In this document: piece after piece, positions 41,332 to 49,582 of the stretch
Layout: each line of letters starts with the position of its first letter
Position numbering within the stretch: position 1 is the stretch's first letter
Source of the DNA: Ilyomonas sp.
GTDB taxonomy: Bacteria > Bacteroidota > Bacteroidia > Chitinophagales > Chitinophagaceae
Reading direction: 5' to 3'
DNA length: 64,000 bases
Assembly: GCA_965214235.1 (NCBI GenBank)
Contig: CBDCBH010000002.1
Coordinates: 838,320 to 902,319 of the forward strand
Made by a program: the position numbers and the translations under genes
Notes under the pieces: generated by a model
What the model was told of the DNA's origin: nothing
The model's input: the letters and a program-made list of their open reading frames with translations, nothing else
Database searches by the model: none

Positions 41332-43266
41332 ATGCGTAAATTTTTACTTGCCATTTCTCTTTTATGTAGTGTCAATTTAGTACAAGCACAATGGAATACC
41401 GATACCTTAGTGCGCAATATTGTGTGCGATGCCGCCGGCTATCAATACGAGCCGCAAATGTGCAGCGATGGACACAAAGGTGCTTTTGTAGTTTGGGCAG
41501 ATGGTCGAACTTCTTCTCAAATGCTGTATGCACAGCATATTGATAGCACCGGTAAAGCCACCTGGTTAACAAATGGTGTTCAATTAAGCATACCGCCAAA
41601 TGATTTTACGCCCGATTATCCGTTAATTGTTTCCGATACCAGTGGTGGCGTTATCATTTTTTACAATGTAGTTGAAGGTGGTGGTCCCGACTTGATTTAT
41701 GCTCAACATTTGAATGCCAACGGAATTGAGCAATGGCAGGTGGGTGCAGGTGGCATTCCCATTTCAACAGCGCAGGATTCCCGTATTGCCAACCATGATG
41801 CCTCTGATAACCAAACAATAGCAGCCGATGGCAGCGGTGGCGCTTTTATTACCTGGCAAGGATACAATCCTTTTGATATTTATACCCAGCATATTGATAA
41901 AGCAGGAAATATTAAGTGGCCGAAGAACGGATTACAAATAACCAATACAGATAGTGCTCAAACCGGATATATTTCTTTCATAGTAAATTCAGGCAGAAAT
42001 ACCGCTACCGTAGCATACAGTTACGGAACACGGCTTTATATGCAGCGCATTAACGAAGATGGTACGTTTGCATGGATCAATGCTAAATTGCTTACATCAA
42101 TGTTTGCAGGGTTTGGACAGGCATATCTTGCTTACGACAGTATTTCTCCAAAAGATAATACCATTGCTGTATGGCAGGATACGCGCGGTACAGATTCAAC
42201 AGGAATTGACTTATACATGCAGCGCATTGATACTTTAGGAAACAAGCTTTTTAGCGATAGCGGCGTAGTGCTTTCCAATGCAGTTGGAGACGAATCGTTT
42301 CCTTATCTTTTGTTAGATGCAAACGGTGGTTTTTACAGTACTTACATCACTTCTTTTAAAGCAATGGTTCAGCACACGAACGCCGATAGTACTTTGCTTT
42401 GGCAAAAGAATGGCATTGGAGTTTATAACGCCACAACGCAAGCCAATCCTGTTCTCACAAATGATGGTGCGGGCGGTATTATCTCTTTGTGGAACGATAC
42501 AAGAAATTTTTCCGGACAATCCTTATATGCTCAACACTACAATTATAATGGCAATGCCTTATGGCGAGCTAACGGCGTTCCGGTGATAGTAGGAAGCGTT
42601 GATATGAATCATTCTGCTAATCCAATTATTTCTTTTGATAAAGATACTGCCCTTACCTGCTTTGCTAAAACTTCCAACAGATCAGATGATATTTATATTG
42701 CAAGGTTTGGCGGAATCAGCGGCGTGTTGCCTTTACAAATTGTATCGTTTACCGCTGTACTTAATTATAATGAAACCAATGTGAAATGGGTTGTAGCCAA
42801 TGAAGTAAATACCTCTGCGTTTGAAGTGCAACGTGCTACCGATGCAATTCATTTTACAAGCTTAACAACAGTAAAAGCAAAAGGCAATACAGCTTTTAGC
42901 AATAGCTATTTCTTTACAGATGTTTCACCCGTATCAGGCATTAATTATTATCGTCTGAAAGAAGTAGATGTAAACGGCGTTGTTACTTATTCGAAGATTG
43001 TTTCTGTAACAAAGTCTGGCAATACGGTTGTGATGTTATATCCCAATCCGGCTGTAGATAAAGTAAGCTTACGTATTATTTCAAGCACATTGCACACAGC
43101 TACTTTCGGCATTTTTGATTATGCAGGAAGAACGCTGATGCAGAAAGAAGCGCAAGTAGGCATTGGCACTACTTCTATCAGCTTTACTATCAGTTCTCTT
43201 TCAAAGGGAGTTTATTTTATTAAAAGTGATGACTCTACTGTAAGAATAAAATTTGAAAAAAAGTAA
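41332..43266 (+). CDS. secreted repeat protein with T9SS C-terminal sorting domain
   Basis: A signal peptide, repeated YAQH/YMQR..D..G beta-propeller-like units and a C-terminal Por secretion tail (LYPNPAVDKVSL...GVYFIK). Confidence 0.8.
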   Translation: MRKFLLAISLLCSVNLVQAQWNTDTLVRNIVCDAAGYQYEPQMCSDGHKGAFVVWADGRTSSQMLYAQHIDSTGKATWLTNGVQLSIPPNDFTPDYPLIVSDTSGGVIIFYNVVEGGGPDLIYAQHLNANGIEQWQVGAGGIPISTAQDSRIANHDASDNQTIAADGSGGAFITWQGYNPFDIYTQHIDKAGNIKWPKNGLQITNTDSAQTGYISFIVNSGRNTATVAYSYGTRLYMQRINEDGTFAWINAKLLTSMFAGFGQAYLAYDSISPKDNTIAVWQDTRGTDSTGIDLYMQRIDTLGNKLFSDSGVVLSNAVGDESFPYLLLDANGGFYSTYITSFKAMVQHTNADSTLLWQKNGIGVYNATTQANPVLTNDGAGGIISLWNDTRNFSGQSLYAQHYNYNGNALWRANGVPVIVGSVDMNHSANPIISFDKDTALTCFAKTSNRSDDIYIARFGGISGVLPLQIVSFTAVLNYNETNVKWVVANEVNTSAFEVQRATDAIHFTSLTTVKAKGNTAFSNSYFFTDVSPVSGINYYRLKEVDVNGVVTYSKIVSVTKSGNTVVMLYPNPAVDKVSLRIISSTLHTATFGIFDYAGRTLMQKEAQVGIGTTSISFTISSLSKGVYFIKSDDSTVRIKFEKK

Positions 43267-43282
43267 TCAACTTTTTTGTACA

Positions 43283-43313
43283 AAACCAGCCAGGTTGAAC
43301 GCCTGGCTGGTTT
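43283..43313. terminator. bidirectional terminator between convergent genes
   Basis: A 12-bp perfect stem (aaaccagccagg / cctggctggttt). Confidence 0.75.
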
Positions 43314-43316
43314 ATT

Positions 43317-44675
43317 TTAAACGGAATGTGCTTCCTCCATTTCCATCATCGCTTTCATCTCAAGCCATTGCACTTTATGCGGATGTTTGTTTACAAAGCT
43401 GCTGATCATACTGCGGATCACTTCATTTTCGGGGTAAGCAGTCAGTTTATTTTTTAATTCTTCTACAGAAAAAACAGGTTCATTGTCCAACATTCCCATG
43501 CCATAAAATTTTCCCTCTTCCACCAGCACGCAGCTCCATCCATTGTGCAGTTCTTCTTTTATTAAATAAGTTTGTTTTTGCTCCGAAATCCATTGTATGG
43601 CGCTGTTTACTTTTCCATTGTACTCTTCAACGTCTTCTTCAACCTCAATCATCGTGGTATCTAAAAAGCACAAACCTGCATGTAAGCCAAATTCTTTTAC
43701 CAGCTTCCAAAGTATGGTATATCCTTCGGTTTTGGTTGAGAAGGTGAGGAGCGGATGAAGGTTTTTTCGCTTTTTGTCCATTGCCAGGCGCAGGTAACCG
43801 CGGTTGTCTTCGTACATATAAATTCCGTACTGCCATTCTAATTTTTTCTGGCTATAGTTGAATTGTGGCCAAAGTCTTTTTATTTCGATGCTTTCCAGCA
43901 AATAGGCTGTAAATTCAGTTGGCGTTTCTTTGTATGATATGGCATGAATGTGCTTTAAAAAATTCTGGCGTTTGCTGCCTGCGTCAAAACCGGTGAAATG
44001 GCTTACCACGCGTTGCTTTATGCTTTTGGCTTTGCCCACATAAATCACTTTTCCTTTGGCATCATGAAAGTAATACACGCCAGGAATGTAGGGCAGGTTC
44101 GCGATGTGTTCTTTTGGTAAATTGGGTGGAAGAATCTGCTCGCGGTTATCTTTTTTTAAATATTCTTTGATGAGTTTTGTGCCGCTGCTGCGAATGATCA
44201 TATCAAATAAAATAGCCGTTGCTTCCGCATCGCCGGTGGCACGATGCCGTTCGCCATTTAAGATGTTCAGCTCCTGGCAAAGCCAATCCAAACCATACTT
44301 TTTGAAACCCGGAAATGCTGTGCGGCTAAGCCGTACCGTGCACAACTTGCGGGCGTTAAACTCAAAGCCTGCTTCCTTTAAATGATATTTTATAAAAGAA
44401 TAATCGAAGTTTACATTGTGAGCAATAAAAATTCTGCCTTCCAAATGATTGTAAACGGTTTCAGCGATGTGCGAAAAATCAGGCGCCATAGCCACCATGT
44501 CATTAGTAATGCCGGTTAGCGCCGCTACAAAACGAGGGATTGGATAACCAGGGTTCACCAGCGAAGAATATCTGGCTTCCACTTCTTTGCCATTGTGCAG
44601 CACAATAGCTATTTCCGTAATTCCGTTGCTGTGAGCGTGGCTTCCTGTTGTTTCAATATCTACTATCGCGTACAT
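43317..44675 (-). CDS. DnaQ-like 3'-5' exonuclease fused to a GIY-YIG (UvrC/Cho-like) nuclease domain
   Basis: Exo motifs (VDIETTG, IAHNVNFDYSF, HRATGDAEA) followed by GIY-YIG (PGVYYFHDAKGKVIYVGKAKSIKQRV). ATG at 44675. Confidence 0.85.
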   Translation of the reverse strand: MYAIVDIETTGSHAHSNGITEIAIVLHNGKEVEARYSSLVNPGYPIPRFVAALTGITNDMVAMAPDFSHIAETVYNHLEGRIFIAHNVNFDYSFIKYHLKEAGFEFNARKLCTVRLSRTAFPGFKKYGLDWLCQELNILNGERHRATGDAEATAILFDMIIRSSGTKLIKEYLKKDNREQILPPNLPKEHIANLPYIPGVYYFHDAKGKVIYVGKAKSIKQRVVSHFTGFDAGSKRQNFLKHIHAISYKETPTEFTAYLLESIEIKRLWPQFNYSQKKLEWQYGIYMYEDNRGYLRLAMDKKRKNLHPLLTFSTKTEGYTILWKLVKEFGLHAGLCFLDTTMIEVEEDVEEYNGKVNSAIQWISEQKQTYLIKEELHNGWSCVLVEEGKFYGMGMLDNEPVFSVEELKNKLTAYPENEVIRSMISSFVNKHPHKVQWLEMKAMMEMEEAHSV

Positions 44676-44970
44676 AAACTGTTGTTCCTTCTTCTTCTTT
44701 TTGCGGCTAAACAAAGTAATAGAAAAGTTAGTTATGGTTTGATGAAAACCTTCAGTATAAAATAAAACAGGAAAATACGAAATGTATTTTGCTGTCAATT
44801 ACAGTTATATAACACTCGCTGTAAACCTTACCAAGAGCGTAAAAAAAGTAATAACGAAGGTTACAAAAGTTGTATTGTCGCAATAAATAAAGCATTGCAT
44901 AAAAGGGGTTAAGTAATTGATTTTGAGACAACAATTCTTTTTTTGATTTTTATTATTATTGCGACTATTT

Positions 44971-45288
44971 TTCCGTTGCCAGCTATCTTTTGACAAGTCA
45001 AAAGAAGTGCTTTGCGGTTGGAGTTGATAAGGCTGACTGACAGCGTTTGTTTTTGTGCCTTTTTTGTTTTTGTAGCACTCGCAGTCTTGCTCAAGGTGAC
45101 ACAATAAAGCAGCAGGCAACAAAGGGCTTTGTGCCAGCACGGCTGACTCTTTGTAGTAGCTACTTCAGTTCTTTATTCAACTTCGGTTCGTGGTTCGACA
45201 GAACAATCTTGGGCATTTGTTTTTGTTTGTATCTTTCGTTCTTTAACCAGCTTTTAGTTCAGGCAGACGGATTTCATCCGCCGTGCCG
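44971..45288 (+). repeat. island repeat family 1, copy A (diverged)
   Basis: By-eye identity of roughly 70% to 47545-47880. It contains the 8+2+8 inverted repeat cttttgac-aa-gtcaaaag at 44987-45004 and abuts the IS1182 left end. Confidence 0.6.
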
Positions 45289-46967
45289 GACACAAATGCT
45301 TGAACGTCAGACTGTGAATAAACTTCAAAAACGCTCAAAAGTGTCTCATATACTATTCTGCAAAGCTGGCAGGCGTTAACCAAAGCAGTCTTTAAAAAAG
45401 GTGATGCGTAATGTCTGAAAAAACAGAGGGGCTTATTTGGGCTGTAAATCACTTGTATAAAGATGTTTTTTAGGGCGCCGACTACTTTTGTATAGTCTGG
45501 TTGCCAGTTTTGGATGGCCAGTAACATTTTATCGTAGCCGATGATGTTTTTGGTTCGCATAAAGTTGTAGCAGAACATAATCAGGTTCATTTCTCCATTT
45601 ACTTTTTGTAATCCTTTCAGTAAGGTGTGAGTGTAACCCCAGTGGCGCTTGATGGTGCCGAAGGGATGCTCGCAAATGGCCTGTCGCCGCTTGTAATACT
45701 GCGGGTTTTGTTTGATGTTGTTGTCATTGGTATCTACGGCATCCCCGTACTCACTTCGCTGAATGATACGTTTGGGAAGCTTCGTGCATCGATCTTTTAG
45801 CAGGCACTTCTTACAGGCATCAGTACGGTAGGTTTTAAAGCGGTAGCTCGTTTCATGGGCTTCTCCTTTTTTATTGTGCCATGTGCCCAGTGATGTTAAT
45901 ATGGCACCAGCAGGACACCTATACGTATCGGTTGCCTTATCATAGTCGAAGCTTTCTGCTAAAAACTCATTGGCGATATGCTTTACAGAGGGTTGTTCTT
46001 TATAAGCTACATAGGTGATCATATGATCACCCTGGCACTGCTGCAGTTCAGCGCCGGTGTGATAGCCTTTATCTGCCAGTATCATTATGGTTTGTTCTTT
46101 TTCTAATTGCAAATTTTCTTTTGCCTGCAGGGCTGCTTTATGCAAAGCTTTACCATCATTGGAGTTGGTGGCCTCAGTATGTACGATCAGGTTATGCTTA
46201 TCATCCACGGCATTCTGTATGTTGTAAGCAACTTCCACAATACTTTTTACTATGATGATGCTGCGGCTGTCGGTATCGGTGGTGCTGATCTGTTTATCTG
46301 CTGTGGCATTAAGTTGCTGCTGAAGGGTATCATATTTTATGGTACGTTCTTTTAATTTTTTAAGGCCTTCTGCTATCTTTTCTTTCTTTACTACAAGATC
46401 ATCTTTACTTACTGCTTCCTGCTTATCCATCTCATCAAGCTCTGCTAAATACCTGGCTGTTTTATCTTCGATAAACTGCCGGTGCTTGTCTATCTTTTTT
46501 TGGTTATAATTATTCTTCTTGCTGTTCACTGCTTTAAACTTGCTGCCATCTATACCGATGGTTGTCTTGCCCAGCAAGTCTGCATCTGCAAGAAACTGTA
46601 CATAGATTTTAAACATCGATTGCAAAGGCTTTGCCTGCAGTTTGCGAAAATCGGATATGGTATGATAGTTAGGTTGCAGGCTTTGCAGCAACCACTCAAT
46701 CTCCCGGTTGCGGCTGCATTCTCTTTCCAGTTTGCGGCTGCTGCGTATCTTGTTTAGATAACCATACAGGTAAAGCTTTAAAAGCACGGCAGGTGCGTAC
46801 GGCGGACGGCCTTCGCTCTTATGCACTGTGTTAGTGAAACCTAACTTCTGCAGATCAAGTTTATCAATAAATGCATCTATTAATCTTACCGGGTTGTCTG
46901 CACTCACCTGATCATCTAAAGTTGCAAAGTAGGTTTGATTACGGTTGTGGCCTTCTATAAATTGCAT
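45243..46967 (-). CDS. IS1182-family DDE transposase
   Basis: The N-terminus MQFIEGHNRNQTYFATLDDQVSADNPVRLIDAFIDKLDL and DDE-type C-terminal half are typical of IS1182. The last roughly 20 codons read through the left terminal repeat into flanking DNA. Confidence 0.85.
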   Translation of the reverse strand: MQFIEGHNRNQTYFATLDDQVSADNPVRLIDAFIDKLDLQKLGFTNTVHKSEGRPPYAPAVLLKLYLYGYLNKIRSSRKLERECSRNREIEWLLQSLQPNYHTISDFRKLQAKPLQSMFKIYVQFLADADLLGKTTIGIDGSKFKAVNSKKNNYNQKKIDKHRQFIEDKTARYLAELDEMDKQEAVSKDDLVVKKEKIAEGLKKLKERTIKYDTLQQQLNATADKQISTTDTDSRSIIIVKSIVEVAYNIQNAVDDKHNLIVHTEATNSNDGKALHKAALQAKENLQLEKEQTIMILADKGYHTGAELQQCQGDHMITYVAYKEQPSVKHIANEFLAESFDYDKATDTYRCPAGAILTSLGTWHNKKGEAHETSYRFKTYRTDACKKCLLKDRCTKLPKRIIQRSEYGDAVDTNDNNIKQNPQYYKRRQAICEHPFGTIKRHWGYTHTLLKGLQKVNGEMNLIMFCYNFMRTKNIIGYDKMLLAIQNWQPDYTKVVGALKNIFIQVIYSPNKPLCFFRHYASPFLKTALVNACQLCRIVYETLLSVFEVYSQSDVQAFVSGTADEIRLPELKAG

Positions 46968-47076
46968 GCAGTAATTTACACAACGTATATAGTGAAAGGG
47001 TGCATTAAATATTCACAGAGTGTGTATATTTATAAAAGCTGAAGTTTTTTCACAAACTCACGTTGCAGGCAATTTT
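45289..47076 (-). mobile_element. IS1182-family insertion sequence
   Basis: A single 574-aa transposase flanked by imperfect terminal inverted repeats. The core TGTGAAWAAACTTCA lies at 45313-45327 and, reverse-complemented, at 47041-47054. Similarity extends to about 37 bp, so the outer boundaries are uncertain by about 20 bp. Confidence 0.7.
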
Positions 47077-47089
47077 ATTTTAGCAGTGT

Positions 47090-47350
47090 TTTGTTTGACA
47101 ATATGTTTTGTTTGACTTATGTTTTTTTTGCTTGTTGACAACTTATTTCTTTGACACAACTTAGTTGGTTTGACTTTATTTTTTGCTTCACTTTATTTTT
47201 TTGCTGCTTGACAACATATTTGCCCGACTTTTTTTGACAATGTTTTGCAAATTGACTTTGTGCTTTGCTCCTTGACTTTATGCTTTATCAGACTTATGTT
47301 TTGCGACCTGACAATGTGTTTTGTCTGACTTATATTTTGTACTTAGACAA
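47090..47350 (+). repeat. array of about 15 degenerate direct repeats centred on TTGAC(A/T), spaced about 18 bp apart
   Basis: (T/C/A)GAC cores occur at 47096, 47113, 47136, 47152, 47171, 47209, 47225, 47235, 47253, 47273, 47290, 47309, 47326 and 47345. The unit resembles TTGACAATGTGTTTTG. Confidence 0.7.
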
Positions 47351-47912
47351 AACTGCCTGCAACATAAGGTTTGGCAAAAAACTGGCTGACACTTTTTACA
47401 TCAACATCAGTAATGCTGTTTATCTTTTGCTCCGGCTTGACATTATAAAATGGGCTAAAAAATAAACAATGAACTGCTTATCTTTACTTGAGCAATAGTT
47501 CCGGCTGACGTTTTTCAAGTACCAGTTCTTCGCCAAGCCGGTGGACGTTACCTGCAAGCTTTTTGACAAGTCAAAGTTTGTCGTTTTTTTTGCTTCATTT
47601 TCAGGTTGACAAGTGCTGAGTAACAACGTTTGTTTTTACGCCTCTTTTGTTTTTGCATCACTCGCTGGCACGCTCATGTTGACAAACTAAAGCAGCAGGT
47701 AACAAGTGGTTTTGTGTCAGCACGGCTGACACAGCTCAACAGCTACTTCAGTTCTCTACTCATCTTCGGTTATCGGCCCGACTGAACGCTGTTGGTCAGC
47801 AGGAATTGTTTGTTTCTTTTGTTCTAGTTTCGGCTTTTGGTTACAGGCTGACCGAACTTTCATCGCGCCGCCACAAAGCCTCGCAGCGTTAGCAGCTATG
47901 TTAAGTAACACT
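47348..47912 (+). repeat. island repeat family 1, copy B (longest copy; MITE-like?)
   Basis: Its core 47531-47704 is about 90% identical by eye to 55073-55247. It contains the inverted repeat tttgac-aa-gtcaaa at 47562-47575, and its left end shares AAAACTGCCTGCAACAT with 53609-53625. Confidence 0.7.
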
Positions 47913-47944
47913 TATTGTCAGACACAACAATTCAATAAGCGACT

Positions 47945-48352
47945 ATGCTTAGCAAAATCATCTTAAAGCGACTCTTAATAAATTTAGTACTGGCATTTCT
48001 CCTTGGAAGTCTTCTAATGGTAGTTTCTACCTCACTATTTCATAAAGACAAAACTGGAAGTACAGAAGGAAATTCTGGTCTAATTGACATTATTCTTACT
48101 GGTGTAGTTTGGAATTTTGTTTTGACTATTTCCTCGTTGACAGTTCTTCTTAATCTTGACAAAAGAATAAGACAGAATAAATTTTTAAGCAGTTTGACTT
48201 TTCTCTTTTTGCCGGTTTTAGTTTCAATATTTGTTTTTAATTTAGATGACCATGACTTTAAGGATCTCTGGCAACCATTTTTAACTATGACACTTCCCTT
48301 TTTGTTGACACAGACTTATTTCTGTTTTAAGTTTTTAGACTATAAACTTTGA
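47945..48352 (+). CDS. small integral membrane protein (4 predicted TM helices), unknown function
   Basis: ATG start, 135 aa, four hydrophobic segments. It is AT-rich and bracketed by island repeats. Confidence 0.6.
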   Translation: MLSKIILKRLLINLVLAFLLGSLLMVVSTSLFHKDKTGSTEGNSGLIDIILTGVVWNFVLTISSLTVLLNLDKRIRQNKFLSSLTFLFLPVLVSIFVFNLDDHDFKDLWQPFLTMTLPFLLTQTYFCFKFLDYKL

Positions 48353-48607
48353 CAGCTTATAAGCAACCGACCAATGATGTCAACAGGAAAAACACAGCCG
48401 CTAACAAATGCTTGCTGCTATAGCGGCTGACGAATCTCAGTCGTCATTTGTAATTCCATTAAACAGTATATCTTTATCCAAGCTGACGAAACACAGAAGT
48501 CCGCTACGGACAGCAAGCAGTGGAACGTTGTACGTCACCCTATTTGGACACATCGTTCACTATGCAGCAGGACTTTACAGACCTCAACAACCCACCGCAC
48601 ATTTTGG

Positions 48608-48660
48608 CACATTTGCAAGGCTCACAAAGCCGACACACAGAAGCCAACCTTGCAAAAGAG
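48608..48660 (+). repeat. island repeat family 2 (CA-rich leader), copy D
   Basis: cacatttgcaag...gaagccaac.tgcaaaagag aligns at about 80% with 51812-51860. Confidence 0.6.
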
Positions 48661-48745
48661 CCAAAACTTTCCCACAGCACAACTAAAGCCCAACACAAAA
48701 TGCTAAATTTGTTTGCAAAAGAGACTAACTAGGTTGTGTTGACAT

Positions 48746-49171
48746 CTATAGATTTAGGTTGATAAAAGTGGCAGCCAGCAAAGAAAGTGAGAGGAAGGAA
48801 AGAGTCGTTTTTTCATAGCGTGTAGCGATTTTACGATACTGTTTGAGTTTGTTAATTGTCCGTTCAATGACGTTTCTTTGTTTATAAGCGATGTAGTCCA
48901 TATCTCTTTGCTGTAACCGGCTTCTCTTTGGTGGTATGACAGCCTCAATGCCTTCACTGTCCAGATAATGCAGAAGCCAGTCTGCATCGTATGCTTTGTC
49001 GGCTATTACTCTTTCCGGCTTCATTGCCCCCATCAGATCCAAAGACGCTTTTACATCTGCCCTTTGTCCGCCTGTTAGTACCATCGCTTTAATTCTTCCC
49101 TTCTCATCTGTGCTTAAGTGAATCTTTGTTGTCAGTCCACCTCTCGACCTGCCAATTGCCTGATCATCCAC
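48746..49171 (-). CDS. IS5-family transposase, C-terminal DDE ORF (orfB)
   Basis: Motifs GRSRGGLTTKIHL...ADKAYDADW...IPPK......YK.RN.IER.INKLKQYR.IATRYEK. It lies in the +1 frame relative to orfA. Confidence 0.85.
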   Translation of the reverse strand: MDDQAIGRSRGGLTTKIHLSTDEKGRIKAMVLTGGQRADVKASLDLMGAMKPERVIADKAYDADWLLHYLDSEGIEAVIPPKRSRLQQRDMDYIAYKQRNVIERTINKLKQYRKIATRYEKTTLSFLSLSLLAATFINLNL

Positions 49172-49184
49172 TTTGCCTGTTTCC

Positions 49185-49511
49185 TTATTTTTTTAAAGCA
49201 CCGGCTGCATGCTGGTGTACTCTAACAGCGGTTGAGTCAATGAGCAGCGTTTTGACATCTTTGTCTGCCAAGTCTTTGAATATCTTTTGCCATATACCTG
49301 CCTTAGCCCATCTTCTGAAACGCACATAAACCGTGTTCCAGTTGCCGAACCGCTCCGGCAGGTCCCGCCAGGGAATGCCGCATTTGGCTACATACATGAC
49401 TGCATTAATAAACAAACGGTTATCAGTCATTCTGCCCTGATAACCGGGCTGGCAAGGCAGCTTCTCTTTAATCGCTTCCCATTGCTCTTCACTTATCTCA
49501 TAACGTCTCAT
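49185..49511 (-). CDS. IS5-family transposase, N-terminal ORF (orfA)
   Basis: Motifs ISEEQWEAIKEKLP...GRMTDNRLFINAVMYVAKCGIPWRDLPERFGNWNTVYVRFRRW are typical of the IS5/IS427 N-terminal part. The ORF ends in an A7 run. Confidence 0.85.
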   Translation of the reverse strand: MRRYEISEEQWEAIKEKLPCQPGYQGRMTDNRLFINAVMYVAKCGIPWRDLPERFGNWNTVYVRFRRWAKAGIWQKIFKDLADKDVKTLLIDSTAVRVHQHAAGALKK

Positions 49512-49582
49512 CCGCTCGTTTCTTTCTCCTCCTAAACAACTGTACCAATTCTATCATTACCTTCAGATGTCAACACGCTCTA

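Larger units (their letters stand above)
48732..49579 (-). mobile_element. IS5-family insertion sequence (IS427/IS1031-like, two-ORF transposase)
   Basis: 12-bp perfect terminal inverted repeats, gtgttgacatct (48736-48747) and agatgtcaacac (49565-49576). CTA is present on both flanks (48729-31 and 49580-82), consistent with a 3-bp target duplication. Confidence 0.8.

Noticed and set aside
44805-45140. Small minus-strand ORFs inside repeat family 1 (44805-45140, 44909-45094, 47420-47626, 55026-55229) sharing MSK.AS..KTK.AQKQTL
   Set aside because: The peptide similarity only reflects nucleotide repeat conservation. Copy B has an in-frame stop at the equivalent position, the copies differ by indels, and the composition is low-complexity. 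I treated them as non-coding.
47090-47350. Possible CRISPR array, because of regularly spaced short repeats
   Set aside because: The units are only about 16-20 bp and degenerate, with no unique spacers of 25-40 bp between conserved repeats. No cas genes or leader are present. It is better described as an iteron-like direct repeat array.
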